DNA of 64,000 nucleotides from Spirochaetaceae bacterium 4572_59 (GCA_002084805.1 NBMC01000005.1:29520-93519), one strand, 5' to 3'. Numbered from the stretch's first letter, positions 1 to 10,559 are shown. Notes: a model not told the origin generated them from the sequence alone. A program made the numbers and translations.

Positions 1-468
1 TCTTTTGTCAAAAAGAATGATGCTGCCATAGGAAAGAAACCATATACGGTCTTTGTCACAGAGAATGGCATTGACCGAACGGATAGCCAGAGAAGGAGCG
101 CCTTTCTGCAAAATAAACCACTCCTGTTCTGATAGGGAGTACCTTGCAATATCCCCGCTCCTTGTGCCTATCCAGATATCATCACCATCTGCTTCCATAG
201 CAGATATATTGAAATCAAAAAGTCCACTCTTCTCCAGAGGAACCTGATGAACCCACAAGGCTCTCTTGAGAGATGTCCTGATATAGGGATCAGCCTCGAT
301 TGTCAGCTTTTCTGACAGTACCCTGCTGATATATTCATCCTCCAAAAAATCCCCCCGTTCCTGAGCCTTATTTAAGTCGTCAAGAAGGTTTTCCTCAGGA
401 ATCAAGCTTTCCGGAAATAGTAGTAAAAAAGAAATAAATTGACTATAAAGAAGAATTTGCCTTATCAT
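1..468 (-). CDS. secreted repeat protein, N-terminal part only (gene runs off left edge); beta-propeller-like repeats
   Basis: Minus-strand frame is open from the ATG at 466-468 ([21 protein letters not shown]..., hydrophobic N-terminus) to position 1. The ATG overlaps the dut stop (ATGA). Motifs DDIWIGTRSGDIARYS and DRIWFLSYGSIILFD resemble propeller blades. Confidence 0.5.
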   Translation of the reverse strand, partial: MIRQILLYSQFISFLLLFPESLIPEENLLDDLNKAQERGDFLEDEYISRVLSEKLTIEADPYIRTSLKRALWVHQVPLEKSGLFDFNISAMEADGDDIWIGTRSGDIARYSLSEQEWFILQKGAPSLAIRSVNAILCDKDRIWFLSYGSIILFDKR

Positions 469-908
469 CAGGCTCTACCGGTAGAACCAAAACCTCCGTG
501 GCCGCGGTCAGTTTCGTCCAAGTCTTCCTTTAAAATGAAATCCGCTCTCAGAACGGGAGCTATTATCAACTGGGCAATTCTATCACCCCGCTTGATTGTA
601 AAAGATTCCTGACCGAGATTGATCAGAATAACTTTTACATCTCCTCTGTAATCCGCATCAATTGTGCCGGGAGTATTCAGTACGGTAATACCATATTTGG
701 CCGCCAGACCGGAGCGGGGCCTTACCTGTCCCTCATAAGCGCAGGGAATAGCCAACCGCAAACCCGTGGGTATGATGCAACGCTGTCCAGGTTCAATAAA
801 CACAGGGTCTGTCAGATCTGCTCTCAGATCCGCACCGGCTGCAAGTTCTGATCCATAATGTGGGATCATCTCCGGATTGCCACTAACAGCTACTTTTATA
901 TTTTCCAT
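468..908 (-). CDS. dut: dUTP diphosphatase
   Basis: 146 aa with dUTPase motifs [18 protein letters not shown] and [10 protein letters not shown]. Confidence 0.95.
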   Translation of the reverse strand: MENIKVAVSGNPEMIPHYGSELAAGADLRADLTDPVFIEPGQRCIIPTGLRLAIPCAYEGQVRPRSGLAAKYGITVLNTPGTIDADYRGDVKVILINLGQESFTIKRGDRIAQLIIAPVLRADFILKEDLDETDRGHGGFGSTGRA

Positions 909-985
909 TATATAATCCTTATTAATTGGAAAAGGAGCTGTCTCAACTAAGAACCAGCCCCTCCTTCACTTAAGACAATCTATGA

Positions 986-3124
986 TTAACGTCTGTGGTT
1001 TCTGTCTCCACCGCCGTGTCTGTCTCCACCGCCGGAACGGGGTTTCCAGTTTTCATCCTGAGCATCGACAACACTAAGGTTGATTCGGCCCATTCTGTCA
1101 ACTTCGATCAGACGAACTTCAATTTCCTGACCTTCTTTCAGAACATCGGAAACATTATTCACCCGATCTTTAGACATCTTGGAAATATGACAAAGTCCTT
1201 CTTTTCCGGGAAGAATTTCGATAAAGGCACCAAAGTCCATAAGACGTTTTACAACACCCTGATAGATTCTTCCCACTTCGGGTTCTTCAATCAGACCTTT
1301 GATTAAGGTTTCCGCCATTATAGCACCCTTCTTTTCACGGGCAAAAATACTGACGGTTCCATCTTCATCTATATTGATCTTGGCACCGCTCTTTTCAGAC
1401 ATGCCTTTGATGTTTTTACCACCGGGTCCGATTAACAGACCGATCTTATCCTGATCCACCTTCATTGAGAGTACCTTGGGAGCAAAATCAGAAACATCCT
1501 CATTAGGCTTTCTGATGGTTTCATTCATGATACCAAGAATATGCTTACGACCGGCCAGAGCCTGAGCAAGAGCTTTCGCCATAATATCAATACTGATTCC
1601 GGGGATTTTAATGTCCATCTGAAAAGCAGTGATACCAGCTTCAGAACCGGCAACCTTAAAATCCATATCACCCATATGATCTTCTTCACCAAGGATATCG
1701 GAAAGAACTACAAAGTCATCCCCTTCCTTAACCAGACCCATGGCGATTCCGGCTACCGGTGCTTTTAGAGGAACTCCAGCGTCCAACAGAGACATTGTCC
1801 CACTACAGATAGTAGCCTGAGAGGAAGAACCGTTAGATTCTGTTATCTCGGAAACAACTCTGATCGTATAGGGAAATTTATCCTTGGGAGGCAGTACTCC
1901 GGCAAGAGCTCTCTGAGCCAGGTGACCGTGACCGATTTCTCTACGTCCTGTTCCAAGACGACCAGTTTCACCCACTGAGTAAGGAGGAAAGTTGTAATGA
2001 AGCATAAAGTTTGACCTTCTGTCTCCATCAATATCATCCATGATCTGTTCATCCAGAACGCTACCTAAAGTGGTGACACCGATAGACTGGGTTTCCCCTC
2101 TGGTAAACAAAGCACTCCCATGAGCCCTTTGCAGCATAGCAATTTCACAGCTGATGGGACGAATCTCATCACTCTTTCGCTGGTCACATCGGGTATTCTT
2201 TTCAATAATGGATTTTCGGACGATCACCCGTTCTAGCTCTTCGAAAAGGTCACCAACAAGCTTTTGCTGTTCTTCGGGAATTTCTTCCTCGTATTTTACC
2301 ATCATAGCTTTACGAATTGCTTTAATGGCTATTCTTCTTTCAAACTTTCCATCGAGAAAACAGGCTGTTTCCATCTGAGGATAGGCTTCCGCCCACATAT
2401 CATCCCATTTATCAAGTTTGACTGTTTTTTCTGTAAGAGGGAGTTTTTCTTTTCCACACTTGGCAGCCATATCGGAAAGGAAGACACACAGTTCTTTCAA
2501 AACTGGTTCTGCGGCCTGAATAGCACCAAGCATAAGTTCTTCAGAAACTTCTTTTGCCCCACCTTCTACCATACAGATACCGTCATCTGAAGCAGCAACA
2601 ATTATATCCATAACACTTTCTTCAATCTGCTGAAAGGTGGGATTGATTACATACTCACCATCCAGAGAAGCAACACGAACAGCTGCAACAGGACCATTGA
2701 AGGGAATATCAGAAATCATAACTGCTGCAAAAGCAGCGATCATTCCTATAACATCGGGTGTATGAATCTGGTCAGTGGAAATGGTCATGGGAACAACCTG
2801 AATTTCTCGGCCAAAAGCCTTGTAAAAAAGAGGTCGCATGGGACGGTCAATCAGGCGGCTGACAAGGATTTCCTTATCTTTGGGGCGGGCTTCTCTTTTG
2901 AGGAATCCACCGGGGATTTTTCCAGCTGCATAATAACGTTCATTATAATCTACTGATAGAGGAACATAATCCAGGCCTTCTACGGATTCTGAACCGCAAC
3001 AAACTGTGGCCATAACTGTAGAACCGGCATATTTTGCAATAACGGCACCATTGGCCTGCCTTGCAATTTTACCCGTTTCAAGGATGAGATCCTCATCACC
3101 AATTCGAAATTTGAAAGTTTCCAT
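986..3124 (-). CDS. pnp: polyribonucleotide nucleotidyltransferase (PNPase)
   Basis: 712 aa with two RNase PH-like halves (FKVAGSEAGITAFQMDIK), then KH and S1 (GRIYQGVVKRLMDFGAFIE). Ends in a short GGGDRHGGGDRNHRR tail. Confidence 0.97.
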   Translation of the reverse strand: METFKFRIGDEDLILETGKIARQANGAVIAKYAGSTVMATVCCGSESVEGLDYVPLSVDYNERYYAAGKIPGGFLKREARPKDKEILVSRLIDRPMRPLFYKAFGREIQVVPMTISTDQIHTPDVIGMIAAFAAVMISDIPFNGPVAAVRVASLDGEYVINPTFQQIEESVMDIIVAASDDGICMVEGGAKEVSEELMLGAIQAAEPVLKELCVFLSDMAAKCGKEKLPLTEKTVKLDKWDDMWAEAYPQMETACFLDGKFERRIAIKAIRKAMMVKYEEEIPEEQQKLVGDLFEELERVIVRKSIIEKNTRCDQRKSDEIRPISCEIAMLQRAHGSALFTRGETQSIGVTTLGSVLDEQIMDDIDGDRRSNFMLHYNFPPYSVGETGRLGTGRREIGHGHLAQRALAGVLPPKDKFPYTIRVVSEITESNGSSSQATICSGTMSLLDAGVPLKAPVAGIAMGLVKEGDDFVVLSDILGEEDHMGDMDFKVAGSEAGITAFQMDIKIPGISIDIMAKALAQALAGRKHILGIMNETIRKPNEDVSDFAPKVLSMKVDQDKIGLLIGPGGKNIKGMSEKSGAKINIDEDGTVSIFAREKKGAIMAETLIKGLIEEPEVGRIYQGVVKRLMDFGAFIEILPGKEGLCHISKMSKDRVNNVSDVLKEGQEIEVRLIEVDRMGRINLSVVDAQDENWKPRSGGGDRHGGGDRNHRR

Positions 3125-3142
3125 TTAGTTTCCTTTGTCTTA

Positions 3143-3409
3143 TTATTTTCTAAGACCGAGTTTAGCGATAAGCGCCCTGTAACCTTCAAGATTGGTTCTT
3201 TTGAGGTATCTTAACAGCTTACGTCTTGTACCTACCATTTTCAGCAGGCCTCTTCTAGAAGCATGATCTTTTTTGTGTAATTTGAAATGCCCGGACAGTT
3301 CTTCAATTCTTTTTGTAAGAAGGGCAATCTGTACTTCAGTTGCACCGGTATCGCCGGCGTCTTTTCCGAATTCTGTTACAATCTGTGTTTTACGTTCTTT
3401 AGATAACAT
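3143..3409 (-). CDS. rpsO: 30S ribosomal protein S15
   Basis: ORF 3143..3463 trimmed to the internal ATG at 3407-3409, giving 88 aa ([35 protein letters not shown]...), a typical S15. AGGAG lies upstream and the gene sits directly upstream of pnp. Confidence 0.93.
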   Translation of the reverse strand: MLSKERKTQIVTEFGKDAGDTGATEVQIALLTKRIEELSGHFKLHKKDHASRRGLLKMVGTRRKLLRYLKRTNLEGYRALIAKLGLRK

Positions 3410-3512
3410 AGTTTTATTAAACTCCTGAAAAATGAAAAAATTATTAATATACAGGCATCTCACCGATTACAAGTAGAGTAACACCCCGCGGGAATCAGTA
3501 CCTGAAAATACT

Positions 3513-3540
3513 ATTTTAATGATATAATTATAAAAGTCAA
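3513..3540 (-). promoter_or_regulatory. candidate sigma70-type promoter for rpsO-pnp
   Basis: Minus strand reads TTGACT (3540-3535), a 16-nt spacer, then TAAAAT (3518-3513). This lies about 100 nt upstream of the rpsO ATG. Confidence 0.45.
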
Positions 3541-3556
3541 TCTGAGCCTCCTAGAG

Positions 3557-4459
3557 TCAGGAAAAATTAATCCTGTAACGAAAACAGCCCTCGTCCTTAA
3601 CTAGTAGAGCTAGAACTATGCCTTTATTATCAGTCAGAGCTGTCATACCCGCAAGGGGTTCTATCGGATTTTTGAGAAACTCAACCCTGAAGGGCACACC
3701 GTTTCCAATAAGGGTCCGAGCTTCCTCTCTAACCTCGCATATCCCGGTATCGGGCAGCGCCTTCAAAAAGTCCGTCCAGGGATAAAATCCCGCTGTTTCA
3801 CGAAATCTATCGGGAGTCAGACTATTCTCAAGCAGAAAAGGACCTACCTTTGTTCTTTTCAGGGCGCTCACATAGGCTCTGCTATTACAGGCAAGCCCCA
3901 AATCCCGTGCCAGAGAGCGGATATAGGTCCCCTTGGAACAATGAACCCTTACTTTCAATATTCCCTCTTCATATGCAAGCAGGTCAAAGGCGTATATTGT
4001 TACGGGTCTGGCAGGCATCTCATGCTCGATCCCCTTACGGGCCAGCTTATGAGCTCTTTGTCCATTGATATGAATAGCAGAATAGATGGGAGGTCTTTGA
4101 AGGATATCACCCACAAAAAGAGAGATCTTTTCCCGGATGAGAGACTCTGAAGGAAGAGGAGCCTCTCCTACAATCTTCCCCTCAGGATCAAGGGTATCCG
4201 TCTCTTTTCCAAAACAGAATTCAGCCTCATAGACCTTATCCATTCCTGTTATTAAACTGTTTAATTTTGTGAAACGACCGGTCAGAACGATAAGAAGGCC
4301 TTCGGCAAATTTATCCAAAGTACCAGTATGACCTACTTTCCTGATCCCCAGAGTTTTTTTTATACACCCCAGGGACCTGAAGGAAGTCTCTCCAAGCGGT
4401 TTATTCAGAAAAACGATTCCGTCTTTATTTTTCTCCGTTATCATGGATAAGACTATCAA
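3557..4459 (-). CDS. truB: tRNA pseudouridine(55) synthase
   Basis: 300 aa with the catalytic motif VGHTGTLD and a conserved position after rbfA. The start could instead be the second Met at 4444. Confidence 0.92.
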   Translation of the reverse strand: MIVLSMITEKNKDGIVFLNKPLGETSFRSLGCIKKTLGIRKVGHTGTLDKFAEGLLIVLTGRFTKLNSLITGMDKVYEAEFCFGKETDTLDPEGKIVGEAPLPSESLIREKISLFVGDILQRPPIYSAIHINGQRAHKLARKGIEHEMPARPVTIYAFDLLAYEEGILKVRVHCSKGTYIRSLARDLGLACNSRAYVSALKRTKVGPFLLENSLTPDRFRETAGFYPWTDFLKALPDTGICEVREEARTLIGNGVPFRVEFLKNPIEPLAGMTALTDNKGIVLALLVKDEGCFRYRINFS

Positions 4460-4787
4460 TTTTCATATTTAATGCAACACTGTCTTTTACAGTAGTATCC
4501 TCAACAAACAGAAGATGGGGTGTCTGCCGCAACCCCAGTTTTCTACCGATCCGGTTTTGTATAAAACCGGCGGCATGATTGAGGGCTTTCACACTCTTGG
4601 CCAATTTTGCTTCCCCCTCCAGAGAGGAGACAAGCAACTTAGCCGAAGACAGATCATTTGCAACTTTTACTGTGGTTATTGAAAGCATTGAATTAATCCG
4701 TGGATCCTTCAGTTCCCCCATCATAATGAGAAAACTGACCTGTTCTCGAATCAGGCTCTCAACCCTTTTCATTCGAAGATCATTCAC
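4425..4787 (-). CDS. rbfA: ribosome-binding factor A
   Basis: 120 aa (RVESLIREQVSFLIM..., RQTPHLLFVED). Its ATG overlaps the infB stop and it lies in the conserved nusA-infB-rbfA-truB order. Confidence 0.9.
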   Translation of the reverse strand: MNDLRMKRVESLIREQVSFLIMMGELKDPRINSMLSITTVKVANDLSSAKLLVSSLEGEAKLAKSVKALNHAAGFIQNRIGRKLGLRQTPHLLFVEDTTVKDSVALNMKIDSLIHDNGEK

Positions 4788-7705
4788 TTTTCAGTAGGCT
4801 CCCCGAGTTTCTTGGCGATTTCCTTCATCTCAAAGACTTCCAATACATCACCAGCCTTGATTCCATCATAGTTCTCCAATGAGAGACCACATTCGAATCC
4901 TTCCCGAACTTCTTTCGCATCATCCTTGAATCTCTTCAGTGAGGAGATAGGTCCGGTATGTACCTGAATTCCCTCGCGGATAACATGAACGTTGCTCTTT
5001 CTGGTTATGATACCGGAAGTTACCATACAACCAGCAATCAGGCCGATCTTAGGAATTTTGATTGTTTCACGAATCTCAACCTTACCAATAACATTCTCTT
5101 CCAGATCAGGAATAAGCATTCCTTCCATGGCGGAGCGAATATCTTCAACTACATCGTAGATAATATTGTACTTACGAATCTCAACTTTTTCTCTATCAGC
5201 AACCATCTGCGCTTTTGGCGTCGGCCGAACATGGAATCCAATGACAATCGCATTGGATGCGGCAGCCAAAACAACATCATTTTCGATTATTGCACCGGCG
5301 GCGGCATGCTTACAGACCAGTCTGATATCAGGAGTACTGAGTTTTTCCAGTGCCTGCTGCAGAGCTTCAACGGATCCGTGCACATCACCCTTGATAATAA
5401 CGTTCAATTCCTGAACATTACCTTGCTGAATATTATCAAACAGATTATCAAGTGTAATCTTCTTAACATTTTTGGCATCCTCCATTTTCCGGAGTTCCTG
5501 CCGTTTCTGTCCGTACTGACGGGCAACCTTCTCGTTCTCTGTTACCTGGAAGGGATCACCCGAGTTGGGAATACCAGATAAACCGAGGATTTCCACAGGC
5601 ATAGAAGGTGTCGCTTCCTGAATATTTTCACCCTTATCGTTAAACATGGCTCTAACTTTACCGGGGAATACACCTGCTACAAAGGAGTCACCAACTTTAA
5701 GAATACCCCGTTCAACCAGAACGGTAGAAACAATACCACGTCCCTGATCAACCTTAGACTCTATAACTTTACCTTCGGCCCGGCAGTCCCAATTGGACTT
5801 AAGCTCAAGCATTTCAGATTCAAGCATAATAACATCGATCAGCTCATCAATTCCTTCTCTATTCAGAGCGGAAATGTGACAGAACTGTGTATTTCCACCC
5901 CAGTCTTCGGGCATAAGATTGTACTCAGACAACTGCTGTTTCACCTTATCCGGGTTGGCCTCGGGAAGATCCATTTTGTTCACCGCAATGATGATAGGGA
6001 CTCCCGCCGCCTTGGCATGGTTGATTGCTTCAATTGTCTGAGGCATTACGCCATCATTAGCTGCAACAACCAAGACAATAATATCTGTAATCTGCGCACC
6101 TCTGGCTCGCATTAAGGTAAAAGCTGCATGACCAGGAGTATCCAAGAAAGTCAGATCTTTACCGTTTTTGTTCTGAATGGTATAAGCACCAATATGCTGT
6201 GTAATACCACCGAACTCGCCGGCAACAACATCGGTTTGACGAATGGCATCAAGCAATTTCGTTTTACCATGGTCTACATGACCCATAACCGTAATAATAG
6301 GAGGTCTACTCTTAAGGGAGTCCTCTTCATCCTTTTCAGATTCAATGATGGTTTCATCATAAAGAGATACTATTTTAACCTTACAGTTATAATCATCAGC
6401 CAGAATGGTAGCAGTCTCAGCATCTATTTGCTGGTTAATTGTCACCATCATACCCATTCCAATCAGTTTTCCGATCAGATCAGAGGCCTTAAGGTTCATT
6501 TTCCGAGCCAATTCTGACACGGTAACGACTTCCATAATATCTATTTCTTTAGGAACGGGATTCGTATTGTTAACAGTTTTTTTCTTATACTGCAACATTT
6601 TTTCCGTTTGATAACCTTTTCTCTTCTGAAAGGGTTTACCCTTTTTTGATTTGAAAAACTTTTTAGGTGTGGATTTCTGAGCATCCTTCATGGAATCAGA
6701 AGGTCCGCTACCACCGGGTCGTCCCTGATAACCACCAGGTCGTCCCTGATAACCACCGGGTCTTCCGCCCTGAGGTCCACCTGGTCGTCCCTGATAGCCA
6801 CCCTGTCCGGCAGGTCTACTGCCCTGATAGCCACCCTGTCCGGCAGGTCTGCTACCCTGATAGCCACCCTGTCCGGCAGGTCTGCTGCCCTGATAGCCAC
6901 CCTGTCCAGCAGGTCTGCTACCCTGATAGCCACCCTGTCCGGCAGGTCTGCTACCCTGATAGCCACCCTGTCCGGCAGGTCTACTGCCCTGATAGCCACC
7001 AGAGCGTTCGTTATTACCCTGATAACCACCGCGATTACCTTGATATCCACTAGGACGTTCGTTATTACCCTGATAACCGCCACGATTACCTTGATAACCG
7101 CCACGGTTGGGTTGATAACCACCGCGATTGGGCTGGGTTCCATTCTGACGTTCGCCGTTGGTCTGACCTACACGATTGGCCTGACCTTCGTTACTACCCT
7201 GGGTAGTGCCTGTACGGCCACCCCCAGGTCTATTTCTATCATAATTTCTACCACCTGGTGCATAGTTACCGGCTCGTCCACCTTCTCTGGGACCACGACT
7301 TAGATTGCCCGCCCGTCCATCAGTACTTCGGTTTGCGTAGGTTCCGGCCCGTCCAGTTCTGATGGGACCGTTTCCACTTGCTCTGTTAACAATACGGGGT
7401 GCTTCAGAACGCACTTCCGGTCTAGGAGCAGTCGTCTTGACTTCAGAAGCAACTGCCTTAGCTGCAGGAGCGCTCTCTTTGCTTTTTTCAACAGAAGCCT
7501 TGGGAGACGAACTGTCTCCACCTTCTTTGGTTGTTACAACTTTATGTACTTTTTTTACAACTACTTTCTTTTTAACAACAACTACTTTCTTTTTACTGTC
7601 ACCAGATTCTATTTTTGCTGGAGTTTCTGCTTTCGCAGCTGAGTCTGATTTTTTATGCTTAATCAACGTAGCCTTAGGCTGTTCTTTATCCAAGTCTTCT
7701 GACAT
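4784..7705 (-). CDS. infB: translation initiation factor IF-2 with long low-complexity N-terminal extension
   Basis: 973 aa with G-domain motifs [13 protein letters not shown] and NKMD. The C-terminal domains look typical and the N-terminal third is G/Y/Q/R/N-rich repeats. Confidence 0.97.
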   Translation of the reverse strand: MSEDLDKEQPKATLIKHKKSDSAAKAETPAKIESGDSKKKVVVVKKKVVVKKVHKVVTTKEGGDSSSPKASVEKSKESAPAAKAVASEVKTTAPRPEVRSEAPRIVNRASGNGPIRTGRAGTYANRSTDGRAGNLSRGPREGGRAGNYAPGGRNYDRNRPGGGRTGTTQGSNEGQANRVGQTNGERQNGTQPNRGGYQPNRGGYQGNRGGYQGNNERPSGYQGNRGGYQGNNERSGGYQGSRPAGQGGYQGSRPAGQGGYQGSRPAGQGGYQGSRPAGQGGYQGSRPAGQGGYQGSRPAGQGGYQGRPGGPQGGRPGGYQGRPGGYQGRPGGSGPSDSMKDAQKSTPKKFFKSKKGKPFQKRKGYQTEKMLQYKKKTVNNTNPVPKEIDIMEVVTVSELARKMNLKASDLIGKLIGMGMMVTINQQIDAETATILADDYNCKVKIVSLYDETIIESEKDEEDSLKSRPPIITVMGHVDHGKTKLLDAIRQTDVVAGEFGGITQHIGAYTIQNKNGKDLTFLDTPGHAAFTLMRARGAQITDIIVLVVAANDGVMPQTIEAINHAKAAGVPIIIAVNKMDLPEANPDKVKQQLSEYNLMPEDWGGNTQFCHISALNREGIDELIDVIMLESEMLELKSNWDCRAEGKVIESKVDQGRGIVSTVLVERGILKVGDSFVAGVFPGKVRAMFNDKGENIQEATPSMPVEILGLSGIPNSGDPFQVTENEKVARQYGQKRQELRKMEDAKNVKKITLDNLFDNIQQGNVQELNVIIKGDVHGSVEALQQALEKLSTPDIRLVCKHAAAGAIIENDVVLAAASNAIVIGFHVRPTPKAQMVADREKVEIRKYNIIYDVVEDIRSAMEGMLIPDLEENVIGKVEIRETIKIPKIGLIAGCMVTSGIITRKSNVHVIREGIQVHTGPISSLKRFKDDAKEVREGFECGLSLENYDGIKAGDVLEVFEMKEIAKKLGEPTEK
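6790..7000. repeat. 33-bp tandem repeat, about 6.4 near-identical copies, inside infB
   Basis: Unit cctgatagccaccctgtccggcaggtctrctrc starts at 6790, 6823, 6856, 6889, 6922 and 6955, with a partial copy at 6988. It encodes ([11 protein letters not shown])x6 on the minus strand. Confidence 0.9.
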
Positions 7706-7713
7706 ATACCACC

Positions 7714-9186
7714 TTATTCCTGATCATCCTGTTCAATTTCTTCTATTTCAAAGCTCAACCCGACTCCACAGCTGGGACAAACTGACATATCCAATGTTAT
7801 GGTAGCACCACATTCAGGACATTCATAGGTTTCGTCATCTTCAATAACAACGTCCTCTTCAACATCCTCTTCATTGTCGCCTTCTACAATTTCTACATTA
7901 TCATGTATTATTCCGCGAATCAGATCAATATCACCTTCGTTGATTCCTTCAAAAGATTTCAGCTCTTCCAGATTCATATTGACCAGAGTTTCAATCAGAT
8001 CAATACCATTCTCTCTAAGAAGGGCTACAACTCTTTCAGGAAGATCCGGCAATTCTTCAATGCGGGTAATTTCTTCATCACTTTCTTCAAGATTGCTGAA
8101 CAGTTCAGAAGCTGCACGGGATATTTCCTGAGACATATCCATCTCTTCAAACTGCTCTATAGTTTTTACATCAATACTCCAGTCAACAAGCCTGTTGGCC
8201 AGACGGACATTCAAGCCCTGTTTACCGATAGCCAGTGAAAGCTGCTGCTCCGGAACGATAGCCAGAGCCTGACGTTTACCACCATCCACGACAACCACAT
8301 CAGCAACTTCTGCTGGAGACAGGGCATTTTTAATAAATCCCTGAGGATCCGGATCATATTTCAGGATATCAATCTTTTCACCCTCCAGTTCTCTAACGAT
8401 TGCCTGGATTCTGACACCCTTCAGGCCTACACATGCTCCTACCGGGTCGACATCATCTCTGTTGGATATAACAGCTATTTTTGTTCTATATCCGGCTTCT
8501 CTGACAATTTTATGAATTTCAATAGTACTATCGTAGATTTCAGGAACTTCCAGTTCAAAGATCCTCTTAACAAAATCCGAATGGGTTCTAGATAGAACAA
8601 TCTGAAGTCCGGAAGAAGTTTTATTTACTTCACAAATCAAAGCTTTAATTCTATCACCAACAGTATATTCTTCACGGGGAGACTGAAACCGTTTAGGCAG
8701 AATACCTTCCGTACGTCCCAGATCGACAAAAATGTTTCCATTTTTTTCTCTCTGATAGTAACCGATAATCATTTCACCAACCTTATCCTTGAACTCGGAA
8801 TAAAGTGTATCTTTCTGAATTTCTCTCAAATCCTGTCTGGCTCGCTGTTTGGCGCTCTGTACGGCAAGCCTGTCAAACTCAACAGGATCTATTTTAATAA
8901 GGATTTCATCTCCAAGTTCACTTTCTTCATTAAACTTGACAGCTTCCTCAATCAAAATCTCACAAACGGGATCATAATAATCATCTTCTTCAACGATCAT
9001 CTTCTTTGCAAAGATGGAAACATCTGAGTTATCATCATTAAAACGGACAAGCGCATTATCTGATGTACCATATTTCCGTTTATAAGCTGCCATCAGAAAA
9101 TCTTCTATTGTCTTAAGAACAAGTTCTTCTGTAATCCCTCGTTCCTGCTGTAATTGACGTATTGCTTCTGCAAAATCTGCTGTCAT
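7714..9186 (-). CDS. nusA: transcription termination/antitermination factor NusA with C-terminal acidic tail and zinc-ribbon-like CxxC...CxxC
   Basis: 490 aa with an N-terminal domain, S1 (GEMIIGYYQREKNGNIFVDLG), two KH domains (GACVGLKGVRIQAIVREL, AIGKQGLNVRLANRL) and an HhH-like segment. It ends with YECPECGATITLDMSVCPSCG. Confidence 0.95.
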   Translation of the reverse strand: MTADFAEAIRQLQQERGITEELVLKTIEDFLMAAYKRKYGTSDNALVRFNDDNSDVSIFAKKMIVEEDDYYDPVCEILIEEAVKFNEESELGDEILIKIDPVEFDRLAVQSAKQRARQDLREIQKDTLYSEFKDKVGEMIIGYYQREKNGNIFVDLGRTEGILPKRFQSPREEYTVGDRIKALICEVNKTSSGLQIVLSRTHSDFVKRIFELEVPEIYDSTIEIHKIVREAGYRTKIAVISNRDDVDPVGACVGLKGVRIQAIVRELEGEKIDILKYDPDPQGFIKNALSPAEVADVVVVDGGKRQALAIVPEQQLSLAIGKQGLNVRLANRLVDWSIDVKTIEQFEEMDMSQEISRAASELFSNLEESDEEITRIEELPDLPERVVALLRENGIDLIETLVNMNLEELKSFEGINEGDIDLIRGIIHDNVEIVEGDNEEDVEEDVVIEDDETYECPECGATITLDMSVCPSCGVGLSFEIEEIEQDDQE

Positions 9187-9189
9187 AAC

Positions 9190-9642
9190 TTAACGGGCCT
9201 CCATAGTATAATCGAGCTTTGCCTTTCTTATTGTGTCCAAAGGAATCTCACAGATCTCTTCGTTTTCTTTTAATATCAATTTATCCTCCGTACATTCCTG
9301 AATCCAACCGTGAATCCAATCGGAGTCATCTTCCCGAAGCAGACGCAATGCCTTGCCTTTAAAGATTTTATATTCCCGACTACTTTTTATCTTTCGGTCA
9401 ATTCCGGGAGACGTAATTTCAACCACCGGATCTCTGGATTCAAAAATCAATTCTAAACGGGGCTTAAGGAGCCTGTTTACGGATACGCATTCTTCCAGAG
9501 AGACACCTTTCTCCTGAAAAATAACCAGCCTGACGGTGTAATTTTTATTAACAACAGCCACATTTATTTCAACGATGGAAATACCCATTGTCTCTAACAG
9601 AGGCTCAATTTCATTAAGGATCTTCTTTTCTATATCTTTCAA
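9190..9642 (-). CDS. rimP: ribosome maturation factor RimP
   Basis: 150 aa located immediately upstream of nusA and RimP-like (LLETMGISIVEINV...). The start codon is TTG (caa at 9640-9642). Confidence 0.8.
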   Translation of the reverse strand: MKDIEKKILNEIEPLLETMGISIVEINVAVVNKNYTVRLVIFQEKGVSLEECVSVNRLLKPRLELIFESRDPVVEITSPGIDRKIKSSREYKIFKGKALRLLREDDSDWIHGWIQECTEDKLILKENEEICEIPLDTIRKAKLDYTMEAR

Positions 9643-9699
9643 ATTCCTATTTCCTGAGGCATCACGGAGGATTTATGCGTTTGCATAACATTTAGGTCC

Positions 9700-9725
9700 A
9701 AAAAAAAGAGCCTTACAAGGGGCTC
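9700..9725 (-). terminator. rho-independent terminator downstream of comF-like gene
   Basis: Minus strand reads GAGCC-ccttgtaa-GGCTC followed by T8. The stem is short and GC-rich with a long U-tract. Confidence 0.55.
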
Positions 9726-9819
9726 CTCAATAAAGATGCCATAAATTTTGTTTAACAATATCAGCTACACCAAAGAGTGTCAACGGGAAACAAATGGGTT
9801 TAAACTCAAGGGATAATTC

Positions 9820-10518
9820 TTATAATACAGTACAAAGAACTGCCCCCTCAAGAGGATTGGAGTAACTGCTCTTCAATACCCCGGCACAGGCGGAGAGTGT
9901 CGCACCGCTCGTAAAGACATCATCCAGAAGAATAAGGGGCCGCTCAGGCGGAGGCTTAAAGCGCATTCCCCGCCGCAGGGTAATACTGTTCTGCAAATGA
10001 TGATTCCGTTCCTCAAGATTAAGAAATTTCTGTTGAACACTATCATTCCTTTTCAAAGCATATAAAATTTGATACCCGTATCTCTTATGAAGAGTTTGAC
10101 TGATCAACATAACCTGATCCCATCCTTTATTTCTCATCTTACCTTTTCGGGGAGGAACAGGAACAATCAGAGCATCCCTGTATAAATCAGATTTTTGAAA
10201 CCGGCTGTGCAGCCAGGCGGCATAGAAATAACGGAGATTTTTTAATTTTCCGGATTTATAGAGATAGAGACACTCCTTTGCAACACCCTTAAAACAGGAA
10301 AGAGATAGAAGAGTTTCAATATTTTCTGGTAAGACCGGACAATAAGCGCAAATCCTCTCATCCGCAAAAAGAGGAAAAGAACAGTGGGGACAGGAGATAG
10401 TACTCTCAGAAAAGGAACGAATAATTTCAGAACAGGATTCACAGAAAGCTCTGTCTCCCTGTAAGGAGCTTCCACAAAAATAACAGTAATTGCGGCATAA
10501 TATTGTACTTAAAATCAT
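9820..10518 (-). CDS. ComF family protein (phosphoribosyltransferase-domain)
   Basis: 232 aa with an N-terminal Cys-rich zinc finger (CYFCGSSL...CESC...CPHC) and the C-terminal PRTase motif ILLDDVFTSGATL. Confidence 0.8.
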   Translation of the reverse strand: MILSTILCRNYCYFCGSSLQGDRAFCESCSEIIRSFSESTISCPHCSFPLFADERICAYCPVLPENIETLLSLSCFKGVAKECLYLYKSGKLKNLRYFYAAWLHSRFQKSDLYRDALIVPVPPRKGKMRNKGWDQVMLISQTLHKRYGYQILYALKRNDSVQQKFLNLEERNHHLQNSITLRRGMRFKPPPERPLILLDDVFTSGATLSACAGVLKSSYSNPLEGAVLCTVL

Positions 10519-10559
10519 AATTCTATAACGATGAGGAAATGAGTTCCTGATTGAATATT

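Noticed and set aside
53-247. 64-aa plus-strand ORF at the left edge
   Set aside because: It lies antisense to a continuous minus-strand frame with a signal peptide and repeat motifs. It has no motif or RBS of its own.
925-975. Hairpin between pnp and dut as a terminator
   Set aside because: The stem is interrupted (6+3 bp with a bulge) with only about 4 U. It is too weak to call, and the genes may be co-transcribed.
4958-5581. 207-aa plus-strand ORF
   Set aside because: It is antisense to the conserved C-terminal domains of IF-2, and its composition is typical of a shadow ORF.
6667-7143. 128-aa plus-strand and 151-aa minus-strand ORFs inside infB
   Set aside because: They are open only because the 33-bp tandem repeat lacks stop codons in several frames. 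The infB frame carries the conserved IF-2 domains.
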